Position numbers and translations under genes: made by a program
IMG/VR virus record: IMGVR_UViG_2778261576_000004
Coordinates: 1-41,372 of that record
Reading direction: 5' to 3' (one strand)
Length of the DNA: 41,372 nucleotides
DNA from: a virus
Lineage: Duplodnaviria > Heunggongvirae > Uroviricota > Caudoviricetes
Notes under the pieces: model-generated
Database searches by the model: none
What the model was told of the DNA's origin: nothing
Seen by the model: the letters and a program-made list of their open reading frames with translations, nothing else
Shown: piece by piece, positions 1-8,616 of the stretch
How the letters are laid out: each line of letters begins with the position of its first letter
Position numbering within the stretch: position 1 is the stretch's first letter

Positions 1-1251
1 GTGCTTACCGATACAAAATTAAAAAACCTCAAGCCGCAGGACAAACTGTACAAGGTCTCCGATCGTGACGGGCTGTATGTAGCTGTGCTTACGTCAGGCA
101 CGGTCTCATTTCGTTATGACTACCGTATCAACGGTCGCCGCGAAACACTGGTAATCGGGCAGTATGGGCGTGACGGTATCAGCCTGGCAGAAGCGCGGGA
201 AGAACTGATTGCTGCAAAGAAGCTGCTTAAAGCAGGCCAATCACCGGCTGCGGCTAAACGTGACGGTATCAAAAAGATTCGTGGTGCCGAAACGTTTGCG
301 GTACATACCGACAGTTATATGAAACACGTCATCCTGGCTGAAAGTACCCGCGCAATGAAGCAGGCAGTGATCGACCGTGACATACTTCCGGTTCTTGGCA
401 ACAAAATGATGGCTGAAATTACCACATCGATGGTTCGTGATTTGTGTGACCGGATTGTCGAACGCGGTGGCCGGGCAACAGCAGTGCAGGCCAGGGAGAT
501 CATCAGCAGCGTATACCGTCACGCCAATGACCGTGGTCATGGTTTGTTTAATCCTGCGGCTGACATTAAGCCTTCGTCTATCGCCATATTTAAACCACGA
601 GAGCGAACACTGACACCAGAAGAAATTGGCCTGTTCTTCCGCACGTTGGATGCCATTGGTGCTATGGGCACTATGAAAATGGCTTTAAAACTGGTGCTTA
701 TCACTATGGTTCGTAAGGGCGAATTCACCAATGCAACGTGGGATGAAATAGATTTTAAAAAATGGACATGGACAATTCCTTCAGACCGCATGAAGGGAAG
801 CCGGGCGCATGTTATTTACCTGCCTAAACAGGCTCAGGATATATTGGTCGGGTTGCAGATGTGCGCTGGTGGAAGTGAATATCTGGTTCCTGGTCGTTAC
901 AATTTCCGGAAGCCATTATCTAATGCCGCGCTGAACTCTCTGATCGACAGAACGGTGAAAATAATAAATGAAGATGGTGAGCATATTCAGGATTTCACCG
1001 TACACGATATGCGCCGTACAGCCAGTACGTTGTTGCATGAGGCTGGTTATCCTTCAGACTGGATTGAAAAGGCTCTGGCACATGAGCAGAAAGGTGTGCG
1101 CGCCGTATATAACAAAGCGGAATACGCCAGACAGCGCGCCTACATGTTGCAGCAGTGGGCCGATATGATTGATTCCTGGATTGACGGGGAGCATACGGAT
1201 CTGATTCCGTTCTCCCCGTCGAAGTTTGAGAAGTGGATGGCGGGGGAATAA
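1..1251 (+). CDS. int: Tyrosine site-specific recombinase (phage integrase, P4-like)
   Basis: 416-aa ORF from the window edge; C-terminal catalytic region with HDMRR (H-x-x-R), LAHE and a downstream Tyr (AVY). GTG at position 1, so the true start may be at or just upstream of the window. Confidence 0.9.
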   Translation: MLTDTKLKNLKPQDKLYKVSDRDGLYVAVLTSGTVSFRYDYRINGRRETLVIGQYGRDGISLAEAREELIAAKKLLKAGQSPAAAKRDGIKKIRGAETFAVHTDSYMKHVILAESTRAMKQAVIDRDILPVLGNKMMAEITTSMVRDLCDRIVERGGRATAVQAREIISSVYRHANDRGHGLFNPAADIKPSSIAIFKPRERTLTPEEIGLFFRTLDAIGAMGTMKMALKLVLITMVRKGEFTNATWDEIDFKKWTWTIPSDRMKGSRAHVIYLPKQAQDILVGLQMCAGGSEYLVPGRYNFRKPLSNAALNSLIDRTVKIINEDGEHIQDFTVHDMRRTASTLLHEAGYPSDWIEKALAHEQKGVRAVYNKAEYARQRAYMLQQWADMIDSWIDGEHTDLIPFSPSKFEKWMAGE

Positions 1252-1254
1252 CGT

Positions 1255-1449
1255 TTAATTATTCTGCTGATTTTCTTCCATCTCGGCTTCTGCTGCCAGT
1301 GATTCAATTTTATCTGTGAATATTGCTGACAGTGTTGCAAATTCAGCATCAGTGACAGCGGGAATTGGAACAAACCTGATCCCGCTGTGTGCAAGCATGT
1401 TTGCAGTTTCAAGGCATTTCCTTAAATCTGCTGGTGATGCCCTGTTCAT
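1255..1449 (-). CDS. Hypothetical small protein (64 aa)
   Basis: ATG at 1449 overlaps the methyltransferase stop codon in an ATGA arrangement (translational coupling); no recognisable domain. Confidence 0.3.
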   Translation of the reverse strand: MNRASPADLRKCLETANMLAHSGIRFVPIPAVTDAEFATLSAIFTDKIESLAAEAEMEENQQNN

Positions 1450-2096
1450 GCTGCACGCTCCCGCCCCTGGTTGTCTGTTGGTGACAGCGGAGCATTGCTG
1501 AATGCATTTGTTAATCTGGCAATATCCAACGCGTATCCAGGGTGTAGTTGCACTGCCGGGTCTTCGCACTGATTACCCCAAACATCGAAACCATGAGACG
1601 ACTGGCGGGCGAACAGTTCAATGCGAGAAACATCGCCTAACAATTGCACAAGTTTTTCACGAACGATATCTGGTTTTCTTGAATGCTCAAGCCGCGGTGC
1701 GGTAAATGACTGAACGATCCCTGCATTAATGCGCGTAGGTAGTTTTCCCTTTACTGCAAACAGGCAATCTTCACTATTGGCGCGAGTCATGTGACCCATA
1801 CCCATAACCAGTTTATCTGGTTGTCGACTACCACATTTTATCCACGTGAATCCCTTCATGGTCATCAGACGGAATCCCCAGGCCTCAACAACTTTTAGTG
1901 CTTCGAGTGGTTGTGTTGGCACCCACCACATGGCCAACAGACAGTTTTCATCGGCCAAATCCCACACAGGAAGGCGGCAGATATCCAGCACACTCATAAC
2001 CGGATATTTAAAACCGGCACCGCGATTACCATCTGCGGCTTTGTCCCGGTATACCCAGGGTGGATCTGCATAGATTAGTGTGTATTTCTTAGTCAT
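1446..2096 (-). CDS. MT-A70 family N6-adenine DNA methyltransferase
   Basis: N-terminal IYADPPW motif (DPPW catalytic signature) and overall MT-A70-like layout; start taken at the ATG giving MTKKY. No adjacent restriction gene. Confidence 0.85.
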   Translation of the reverse strand: MTKKYTLIYADPPWVYRDKAADGNRGAGFKYPVMSVLDICRLPVWDLADENCLLAMWWVPTQPLEALKVVEAWGFRLMTMKGFTWIKCGSRQPDKLVMGMGHMTRANSEDCLFAVKGKLPTRINAGIVQSFTAPRLEHSRKPDIVREKLVQLLGDVSRIELFARQSSHGFDVWGNQCEDPAVQLHPGYALDIARLTNAFSNAPLSPTDNQGRERAA

Positions 2097-2388
2097 AAAC
2101 CACCCCACAACATCCTATGCCGCTATAGTCGCCACGGCGAAGGCCGTTACCTTTTGTGATACATTGGTCCCTGCGAACCGCGATCCTTGCACGCTCAACA
2201 TCACCAGAAGCAACATCCATACACTGAAGCCAAAGGTGAGCGGCAATGCGGAACTGCCCTTTTTTCTCTCTTTCAATCGCGCGTTTTTCGATCTCTATCG
2301 CCGCAGGAGTAACGGCGACAATCTTTGACGGACTGCGCATTGAAACCTTGTTCATGTGATATTTTTCAAGTCGGCTTAACTTTCTCAC
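2089..2388 (-). CDS. Hypothetical protein
   Basis: ORF with GTG at 2388 and internal ATG at 2355; 3' end overlaps the methyltransferase start by 8 nt. No recognisable domain. Confidence 0.3.
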   Translation of the reverse strand: MRKLSRLEKYHMNKVSMRSPSKIVAVTPAAIEIEKRAIEREKKGQFRIAAHLWLQCMDVASGDVERARIAVRRDQCITKGNGLRRGDYSGIGCCGVVYD

Positions 2389-2497
2389 TTAATCCAACCC
2401 TCTCTGAAAATTAATGCCAGCAGATAAAGCCATGCTGAAACAGAGGCCAGGAATAAGTACCATCCTGACCATTTGCTCCAGTGCCTTAGCAGCACAC

Positions 2498-2746
2498 TCA
2501 TGCCGCGTTGCTCACGGGACGATATACACGTTGCTGAACAGGAGGTTTTTTACCCTGGAACTCTGCCGGGCTTGCTGCCTGACGTTCATCAAGCCAACGC
2601 TCAACTTCATCACGGTTCCATGCGCAGCGTTTATCGGTGATATACCAGCGTTTAGGAAATTCCCCTGCGCGCTCCATACGGTCGATAGTGCTCCATGACA
2701 GTGGAACCACCGCCAGGAGTTCCTTCTTACCTAATGCACCTTTCAT
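2498..2746 (-). CDS. AlpA/Xis-like small DNA-binding protein (putative excisionase or regulator)
   Basis: 82 aa; the segment LSWSTIDRMERAGEFPKRWYI...AWNRDEVERWL fits the AlpA-family HTH pattern; lies in the leftward early operon near int. Confidence 0.7.
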   Translation of the reverse strand: MKGALGKKELLAVVPLSWSTIDRMERAGEFPKRWYITDKRCAWNRDEVERWLDERQAASPAEFQGKKPPVQQRVYRPVSNAA

Positions 2747-2795
2747 AAATACCTCTCTTGGTTGCAGTGCGGCGCGCGTGGCGCCGCGGTGGTGG

Positions 2796-3737
2796 TTACA
2801 TAGATGTTTCGTTTAATTCTTCCCGACGAACGCTGTAAACGTCGGTGGCTTTTGCCAGCAGTTCGTCATCATCTGAAAGTTTTTGTGCAATGTATTTGTA
2901 AGCCTTATCCAGTTCGGAGACAGTGCTGTAATTCATCGCTGCGCTGGTAAAGGCCATCAGCATTTCTTCTGGATCACGGCTGTCCGATTTACGCGTTTGC
3001 TCATCAGGCTTTTTCGCTGGTTTAGCGTTGATCAGACTGTTCATTCCCGCAGCAGTGGTCGTTTGCGGAGTAATGTCTCGCTCAACGCGCGGTGCCGTTT
3101 CCTGTAATTCGTCTGGGGTGTAGACGCCCATGATTACGTCAGGACAGTGCAGGCGAGACCAGCGTTTTGTCGCAAGGTATGCGAGTTGTTGTTTCGGATC
3201 ACTGGCCCAAAGTGTGGAGTTTCTTACCTGTGCTTGAGACAGCATTAACTCAAGCACTCGAGGTTGATCCTCGCCCTTCATGGTTGCCCATACGCGAACA
3301 CCGCAGCCTTCTTCGTCTTTTAGAGTCCAGCCTGGTGCGATATATGGATTGCCGTTTTTGGATGTTTTCTCAACAAACTTACCGATCACGCGTTCCCACG
3401 GCCCGAACCACTCGTAGTTGATGCGATCTTTTGTTGGCGACATCGTTGAGATAACTGCGTTTACTAATTGGGCTTCATAACCTAGCGTGCCGTTCACAAC
3501 ATGGGTTTTCTGAGCCACGGCAAACGGGTTCATTCCCCACTGCGCAGCCTGCATTGCCACGGCCATGCAATCAGCTGGTTTCCCGGCGAGGTGCGCCGGT
3601 ACCGTTACGCGGCTTTGCGCCATTACCTCGGCGAATTTCATCAGTTGGTTCAAGCCGTCTGGGCTGAAAATAGTTGCAGCAGTTCCAGCGATTGCTGTGT
3701 CTACTGGTGCGTTGATGTTTGCGATGTCGTTGCTCAT
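2796..3737 (-). CDS. recT: RecT-family single-strand annealing recombinase
   Basis: About 313 aa with RecT-like sequence (NGTLGYEAQLVNAVI..., acidic C-terminus); start at the ATG giving MSNDIANI, overlapping the exonuclease stop (ATGA). Confidence 0.85.
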   Translation of the reverse strand: MSNDIANINAPVDTAIAGTAATIFSPDGLNQLMKFAEVMAQSRVTVPAHLAGKPADCMAVAMQAAQWGMNPFAVAQKTHVVNGTLGYEAQLVNAVISTMSPTKDRINYEWFGPWERVIGKFVEKTSKNGNPYIAPGWTLKDEEGCGVRVWATMKGEDQPRVLELMLSQAQVRNSTLWASDPKQQLAYLATKRWSRLHCPDVIMGVYTPDELQETAPRVERDITPQTTTAAGMNSLINAKPAKKPDEQTRKSDSRDPEEMLMAFTSAAMNYSTVSELDKAYKYIAQKLSDDDELLAKATDVYSVRREELNETSM

Positions 3738-4555
3738 ATGTACATATCCTGTTTGCGTGCCCACTCAGGGCGTTTAATGATTTCCACACCGCCCCATTCA
3801 TCATTGATGCGGCATTCGTGATAGGTATTCAGATCCCGGCGGAACAGAGCGTGCCCGGCATCGACATCCTGCGCATCCAGCTCGAACACGCGTACCGGAT
3901 ACCGACCACAATCAATGCTTTCGCTCACGGCAAGAAAGAAAAAACCATGCGGCTGACCAGTAACCCTCATTGCGCCTTCGCGGTACATTGCGTCCTGCAC
4001 GTGGTAGCGGAATTCCTCGATGTGGCGTGCAAAACGGTCCATATCTGCAACCTTTTTCACGTCGACGATCACGTTGTGCTCGTTCAGCCATTTGTCTGGA
4101 CGAATTCGGCACAACTCCCCCGTCTCTTCATCGTTCCAGTACATTGATGCTTCGCAGTAACCAGGTGCTTCCAGCATCCAGCGTGCCGCCGGGTGAGCCA
4201 TTGCGCTATCACGCATCAGCTCCAGTTTCCGCCACTGCTCGGCATCAAGTACCGTAATCCCCATATCCGCCACATCACGAAGAAATTCCTCTTCGTCAGC
4301 TTTACCTTGTTTCGTCCGACGATCGAATTTCGGTGAAACAATGAAGCGTTTGTCGAACTCTCCAGGCTCCAGAAGCAGACAGTGCAATGCGGTTCCCATA
4401 TCCAGTGCAGACTTTTTCTCTTCGTCTTCTGGTGCTGCCTGAACCCATTTAAGAAGCGCCGGATTCTTGGCAACCATGTCCAGTTGCGACTTACTCACGC
4501 CGTCACCGGCGTGGTAGTCTTCGTTGCTGATGTCGAAATAAATTCCCGGTTTCAT
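3734..4555 (-). CDS. PD-(D/E)XK exonuclease (RecE/exonuclease VIII-like partner of RecT)
   Basis: 273 aa directly upstream of and coupled to recT; D...D-V-K motif (IRPDKW...VIVDVKK) typical of PD-(D/E)XK nucleases. Confidence 0.7.
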   Translation of the reverse strand: MKPGIYFDISNEDYHAGDGVSKSQLDMVAKNPALLKWVQAAPEDEEKKSALDMGTALHCLLLEPGEFDKRFIVSPKFDRRTKQGKADEEEFLRDVADMGITVLDAEQWRKLELMRDSAMAHPAARWMLEAPGYCEASMYWNDEETGELCRIRPDKWLNEHNVIVDVKKVADMDRFARHIEEFRYHVQDAMYREGAMRVTGQPHGFFFLAVSESIDCGRYPVRVFELDAQDVDAGHALFRRDLNTYHECRINDEWGGVEIIKRPEWARKQDMYI

Positions 4556-4851
4556 GCCGCGTCCCTCTGCCCATCAAGCTGATCAGCCAGATCCCAGCGG
4601 GCGATAATTGCCATTGCCTCGCGCCGGTAGGCATCCATTAGTTCTTCGAACTCAGGGCTGTCTTTAGCGGCCTCCAGTACTTCCTGGCGAACGCCTTTAA
4701 CTGTTACAACGTCGAAAGTTGATGCCAGTTGATGAAGCCGGATACTCTCAATCAGTTCAACTTGTCGGTCATATAGCTGTTCTGACAGACGGTAGTTCTT
4801 GTCGAATGCCAGCATGATTTTTTGAAGATTTTTCTGCTGATTAACGTTCAT
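4552..4851 (-). CDS. Hypothetical early protein
   Basis: ORF in the leftward operon; start at 4851 (MNVNQQ) has an upstream GGGAGGG Shine-Dalgarno; ATG at 4866 is an alternative. Confidence 0.45.
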   Translation of the reverse strand: MNVNQQKNLQKIMLAFDKNYRLSEQLYDRQVELIESIRLHQLASTFDVVTVKGVRQEVLEAAKDSPEFEELMDAYRREAMAIIARWDLADQLDGQRDAA

Positions 4852-4854
4852 TAT

Positions 4855-5006
4855 CAGCCCTCCCATATCTCGTTATCGTTGGCCACATCGCGAGCTTCTT
4901 TGCTGACGAAAGCCCACTTAATGCCTTCCTGTAAGGTGCGGAACTTCCAGCTCATGAATCCGCATGCAGTAACGCAGTACCAACCGTTGATGATTTTCCA
5001 CTGCAT
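4855..5006 (-). CDS. Hypothetical small protein (about 50 aa)
   Basis: Short ORF (MQWKIINGWYCV...) between OL-like sites and the next early gene; below the ORF-track size cut-off; no known domain. Confidence 0.25.
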
Positions 5007-5025
5007 AACTTGTTACCTCGGTCTG

Positions 5026-5102
5026 TTACCGTTGAGGTAATAATTATGCGTATATGGTTTGATGTCAATAGATATGAGTTAAAAAAATTACCCGTTAGGT
5101 AA
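5026..5102. promoter_or_regulatory. OL-like operator region: two TTACC-N5-GGTAA palindromes (5026-5040, 5088-5102)
   Basis: Two perfect 15-bp palindromes in the intergenic region between the repressor gene and the first leftward early gene. Confidence 0.5.
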
Positions 5103-5113
5103 TCGAATAGGCA

Positions 5114-5138
5114 ATAAAAAAGCCGCCATAAGGCGGCT
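5114..5138 (-). terminator. Rho-independent terminator downstream of the repressor gene (hairpin usable on both strands)
   Basis: AGCCGCC-ATAA-GGCGGCT hairpin (5121-5138) with an A-run upstream on the plus strand, i.e. a U-tract after the hairpin on the minus strand. Confidence 0.6.
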
Positions 5139-5159
5139 TACTTACTGAAAAATATGGTT

Positions 5160-5744
5160 TTATTGTTTGTTTTTTTCGTTCTGGTTGATGACAAATTCAA
5201 TGTAACTTTCGATCTTTGCTTTCTCGGTTTCGGGTAACAATGCGTAGCGCGAGCGATCATAGTTGATGGTCGCAGGGTCGTGCGGGTGAATCAGTAATTC
5301 ATAGCCGTGACGCCCGAATGCGGATGCAACATTCTCCAGGGTGGAAATGGAAACGCTGACCTCATTGTTTAACAGGCGGCTGATTGTCACCTGGGCTACG
5401 CCGGATGCGCGGTGAAGTTTTCCCTGTGTTGAAAGGTCGCGGCTTTCGCTCATCCAGCGTTCCAGGTTGTGAGCCGCCAGCTGGCCAATGTCGCTTGGGC
5501 CGACAGGCTGAAAACCTTCCTGAGAAAGCGAGCGATCGATATCAAGCCAGTTACGGGGTTTATTGGCGGCAGCTTCAATTTTTCGCGCAACCTGATCGCC
5601 GATAACCTTCTTACCAAGAGCCCAGCGGTTTACCAGATTTGCCTGAGTTCCAAGTTTTTCAGCCATCCGCGTCTGAACACCATTGAATTCACGGTCGATC
5701 AAGTCGTTGAGATTTTGCCTGCGGACGTCCTGGATACTTTTCAT
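5160..5744 (-). CDS. Putative prophage repressor (CI-like, tandem HTH, no S24 peptidase domain recognisable)
   Basis: 194 aa; two HTH-like segments (GVQTRMAEKLGTQANLVNRW and GVAQVTISRLLNNE); sits between OL-like and OR-like palindrome pairs, divergent from a Cro-like gene. Confidence 0.55.
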   Translation of the reverse strand: MKSIQDVRRQNLNDLIDREFNGVQTRMAEKLGTQANLVNRWALGKKVIGDQVARKIEAAANKPRNWLDIDRSLSQEGFQPVGPSDIGQLAAHNLERWMSESRDLSTQGKLHRASGVAQVTISRLLNNEVSVSISTLENVASAFGRHGYELLIHPHDPATINYDRSRYALLPETEKAKIESYIEFVINQNEKNKQ

Positions 5745-5799
5745 TTTCTGGAAAATCGCCTCATATATGAATCAGTAGATGATTCAATTTAAAGCAATA

Positions 5800-5862
5800 T
5801 TACCCAACAGGTAAATGCACCTCATGGGTAACTATCCTTGATTTTTGTTACCTTATGGGTGA
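5800..5862. promoter_or_regulatory. OR-like operator region: palindrome 5800-5814 (perfect) and 5848-5862 (one mismatch)
   Basis: TTACCCAACAGGTAA and TTACCTTATGGGTGA in the 154-bp divergent intergenic region between repressor and Cro-like genes. Confidence 0.55.
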
Positions 5863-5898
5863 ATATTTATTATCTGAAATAAATATCAGGCAATAGCT

Positions 5899-6129
5899 AT
5901 GAGCGATAACGGACATTTCGATTTCAAAAAGCACTGGCTTGCACTTACTCCGGATGAGCGTGAAGCCTTCGCACAGGAAGCCGGAACGACGAGTCACTAT
6001 ATCCAGACTCACTTAACAGGTAAGCGCAAAATGCCAGGTAAAGTATTGATGAATGGGCTTTTTAAAGCCTGTAAAACAAGACAATGGCTGCGCTCAAAAG
6101 CAGAACTGGCATACTTCTTCTACTCATGA
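5899..6129 (+). CDS. Cro-like small HTH regulator
   Basis: 76 aa, divergent from the repressor across the operator region; HTH-like segment LTPDEREAFAQEAGTTSHYIQTHLTGKR. Confidence 0.45.
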   Translation: MSDNGHFDFKKHWLALTPDEREAFAQEAGTTSHYIQTHLTGKRKMPGKVLMNGLFKACKTRQWLRSKAELAYFFYS

Positions 6130-6150
6130 TATCCAGCTACAACCCTCTGT

Positions 6151-6175
6151 AGACCGCCACCCGGCGGTCTTTTCA
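6151..6175 (+). terminator. Rho-independent terminator after the Cro-like gene (tR1-like position)
   Basis: AGACCGCC-ACCC-GGCGGTCT hairpin followed by TTTCAT; immediately followed by a one-mismatch palindrome copy at 6185-6199. Confidence 0.5.
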
Positions 6176-6279
6176 TATCTATTCGTACCTCAAAGGTAAT
6201 AAAAAACCAAATATGGTTGATCTTTTTTTTGTGTCAGCACAAAATGACCGTAATCCCAATACTAATAACAGGGCTTACC

Positions 6280-6480
6280 ATGGAAATCATTACACGTATT
6301 GATGCCGCAAAGCGCGGACTTAAACGCTACTACACCGGAAAAACATGTAAGCACGGACATGACAGTGAACGCTGGGTTTACAACGGACACTGTGTTGAGT
6401 GCACCATGGAATCAAACCGTCGTATCAGGGCAGAGATTAAGCAGATCATGATTAATTCCTCCCCACAACATTCAAGCTGA
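6280..6480 (+). CDS. Hypothetical small Cys/His-rich protein (cII position)
   Basis: ORF between cro-like and O-like genes; CKHGH...HCVEC spacing suggests metal binding; start uncertain (ATG 6280 or upstream). Confidence 0.3.
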   Translation: MEIITRIDAAKRGLKRYYTGKTCKHGHDSERWVYNGHCVECTMESNRRIRAEIKQIMINSSPQHSS

Positions 6481-6495
6481 TAGCGGAGATTAATC

Positions 6496-7311
6496 ATGAG
6501 CAGACATGCAACAGATTGGGCCTGGGAGACAGATCCAGGTAGCTCATCATTAAAGCTCATACTGCTCTCGATGGCTGACAGAGCCGATGAATATAACCTC
6601 TGCTACCCCAGCATAGAACGCCTCGTTAAAGACACTTGCCTGAATAAAAAAACCGTGCAGGCCGGGCTTATATCGCTCATGAAAATGGGGCTTATTTCAG
6701 ATACCGGAGAGAGAAAGGGAGCGACAAAAAGAGTGCGGGTTTTCTCTCTTAATATAACCAAAAACGGGAACATTAAAGGCAACCGGGAGGGGGGCAATGA
6801 ACCCGAAAACGGTAATGTTACCGAAAACGGGAATATACCCAAAAACGGGATGTTGAATGATCCCAAAAACGGGATGTTGAATGATCCCAAAAACGGGATC
6901 CAGAACCAGTCATATAACCAGTCATTTAACCAAGAGAGGGAGAGCAGGACAAAAACCCGAGGTTCTGTGCCTCATGACCCCGGCGCAAACAACGCCGTGA
7001 TGAATAACTTTGTTCCTCCTGGTGGGCCAGGGCAATTAGGCAAATTTGTCATGCATGAACAATGGCAGCCATCAGATGACTTTCTTCGGAAAAGCTCATT
7101 GCAGGGGATCTACCTGGACAGTCTGCCAACGGCACAGGAACTTGCAGAGTTCAGAATTTACTGGATGGCTGAGGGTAAGGCATACCATCAGGCACAGTGG
7201 GAGCAGAAGCTGGCAAGGCGGCTGCAGATTAGCAGACAGAAGCAATCAACATTACCTGATAACAACGTTCCGCACTGGAACAGCCCTGAAGCATGGGAGG
7301 ATTTCTTGTGA
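6496..7311 (+). CDS. Replication initiator (lambda O-like HTH N-terminus, repeat-rich middle)
   Basis: N-terminal LKLILLSMADRADEYNLCYPSIERL-type winged-helix region common to phage replication initiators; internal DNA iterons; sits directly before the P-like gene. Confidence 0.75.
   Translation: MSRHATDWAWETDPGSSSLKLILLSMADRADEYNLCYPSIERLVKDTCLNKKTVQAGLISLMKMGLISDTGERKGATKRVRVFSLNITKNGNIKGNREGGNEPENGNVTENGNIPKNGMLNDPKNGMLNDPKNGIQNQSYNQSFNQERESRTKTRGSVPHDPGANNAVMNNFVPPGGPGQLGKFVMHEQWQPSDDFLRKSSLQGIYLDSLPTAQELAEFRIYWMAEGKAYHQAQWEQKLARRLQISRQKQSTLPDNNVPHWNSPEAWEDFL
6758..6901 (+). repeat. Iteron-like direct repeats inside the O-like gene (putative ori)
   Basis: About six spaced copies of CC(A/G)AAAACGG(G/T)A, including two identical 24-bp units CCCAAAAACGGGATGTTGAATGAT at 6838-6861 and 6862-6885. 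Confidence 0.55.
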
Positions 7312-8093
7312 ACAACGTTTTTACCGCGATACAAAACCGTGACGGAGAAGCCCTTTCTCGCATGTCAGGTTATGAGCATCAGTACGTCAACAATGACAAT
7401 GTGGTGAACATGTCAGCAGAGAGGCTTGTTGATGCCCTTTTCAAACAGCTGAAACAACTGTTTCCGGCGGCAGTGGTAACCAACCTGAAGACGCCAGAGC
7501 AGGAAGTCGCTGCAAAACAGCAGTGGATTGCTGCGTTTGCCGAAGGGGGGATCCGAACCCGTGAACAGGTTTCTGCTGGTATGCGCCACGCCCGCGCCAG
7601 TGAATCTCCGTTCTGGCCGTCGCCTGGGCAATTCATCAAGTGGTGTAAAGACAGCAAGATGGTTCTTGGCGTCACCATTGATGATGTGATGGCGGAGTTT
7701 AACCGGTACAGCAAGGAAAAAAGTTTATATCCTGGTGGTCCCGAAAGATTCCCGTGGCGACATCCGGTTATGTACTGGGTCGTATGTGATACCCGCCGTG
7801 CAATGTATCAGCGCCAGCTTAGCGAGATTGAGGTTGAGAAACACGCGCGCAGGCTGCTCGATGATTGGGCGAAAAAGGTGGCTTCCGGACAGCAGATACC
7901 CGATCCGGTGATCAGCATACAGGCAAAGCCAGAACCCATGAGTACACCTCCGGACACAGGGAGAGACGTTTACCATCCACCAGGGCGAAGTTTCGGGTGC
8001 ATGCCTAACGCCGCCACCCTTGGTGGAATAACACCGGCGCAGTGGCTGATGGAGGAATACAGGCGAGGAAAGGCGGCAGGATTTATCAAGTAA
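7293..8093 (+). CDS. Replication protein P-like (DnaB helicase loader)
   Basis: Colinear similarity to lambda P as recalled: ...FPAAVV...QQWIAAFAEGGIRTREQVSAGMRHARASESPFWPSPGQFIKWCK matches the P motif ...RQWVLAFRENGITTMEQVNAGMRVARRQNRPFLPSPGQFVAWCR. Confidence 0.8.
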   Translation: MGGFLVNNVFTAIQNRDGEALSRMSGYEHQYVNNDNVVNMSAERLVDALFKQLKQLFPAAVVTNLKTPEQEVAAKQQWIAAFAEGGIRTREQVSAGMRHARASESPFWPSPGQFIKWCKDSKMVLGVTIDDVMAEFNRYSKEKSLYPGGPERFPWRHPVMYWVVCDTRRAMYQRQLSEIEVEKHARRLLDDWAKKVASGQQIPDPVISIQAKPEPMSTPPDTGRDVYHPPGRSFGCMPNAATLGGITPAQWLMEEYRRGKAAGFIK

Positions 8094-8130
8094 TACCAGC
8101 GCGATAGCGCATTTTTTTACGCCTCGACAA

Positions 8131-8207
8131 TTACCTGTTAGGTAATAAAATATTCTAAAATCTATTGATTTCGTGTCTTATGTGGTTTTTAATTACCTCA
8201 GAGGTAA
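8131..8207. promoter_or_regulatory. Two palindrome copies (8131-8145, 8193-8207) plus a TATGTGGTT box (8179-8187) upstream of the 8211 gene
   Basis: Perfect TTACCTGTTAGGTAA and TTACCTCAGAGGTAA; the second ends 3 nt before ATG 8211 and overlaps the SD. Confidence 0.45.
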
Positions 8208-8210
8208 ATC

Positions 8211-8555
8211 ATGAGAAAACAGATACAGGCTCTTGGTCGACTCAAAACAGGTCAGATGAACAAAACAGAATCTGCGTATTGCCAGCACCTTGAGCTGCGT
8301 AAACGTGCAGGAGAAATCGTCTGGTATCGATTTGAGGGTATCAAGCTGCGGTTAGCTGACAACACGTTCTATACGCCCGATTTTGCTGTGATGCTCGCCA
8401 CCGGCGAGATGGAACTGCACGAAGTGAAAGGTTTCTGGACCGACGACGCCAGGGTGAAAACCAAAGTCGCCGCAGATCAGTATCCGTTCCGAATCATCGG
8501 GGTAACTGTTAAACCAAAGAAAGCAGGTGGTGGCTGGATCATCGAAGAGTTCTGA
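8211..8555 (+). CDS. PD-(D/E)XK-like nuclease (DUF1064-like phage protein)
   Basis: 114 aa with YTPDF...ELHEVKG (D...E-x-K) motif; family name from memory, not searched. Confidence 0.5.
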   Translation: MRKQIQALGRLKTGQMNKTESAYCQHLELRKRAGEIVWYRFEGIKLRLADNTFYTPDFAVMLATGEMELHEVKGFWTDDARVKTKVAADQYPFRIIGVTVKPKKAGGGWIIEEF

Positions 8556-8616
8556 ATCGACGATCTTTTTAGTTATCAATGTTATCAATAAGTTATGTGG
8601 ATAAGCGAGGGTAAAG

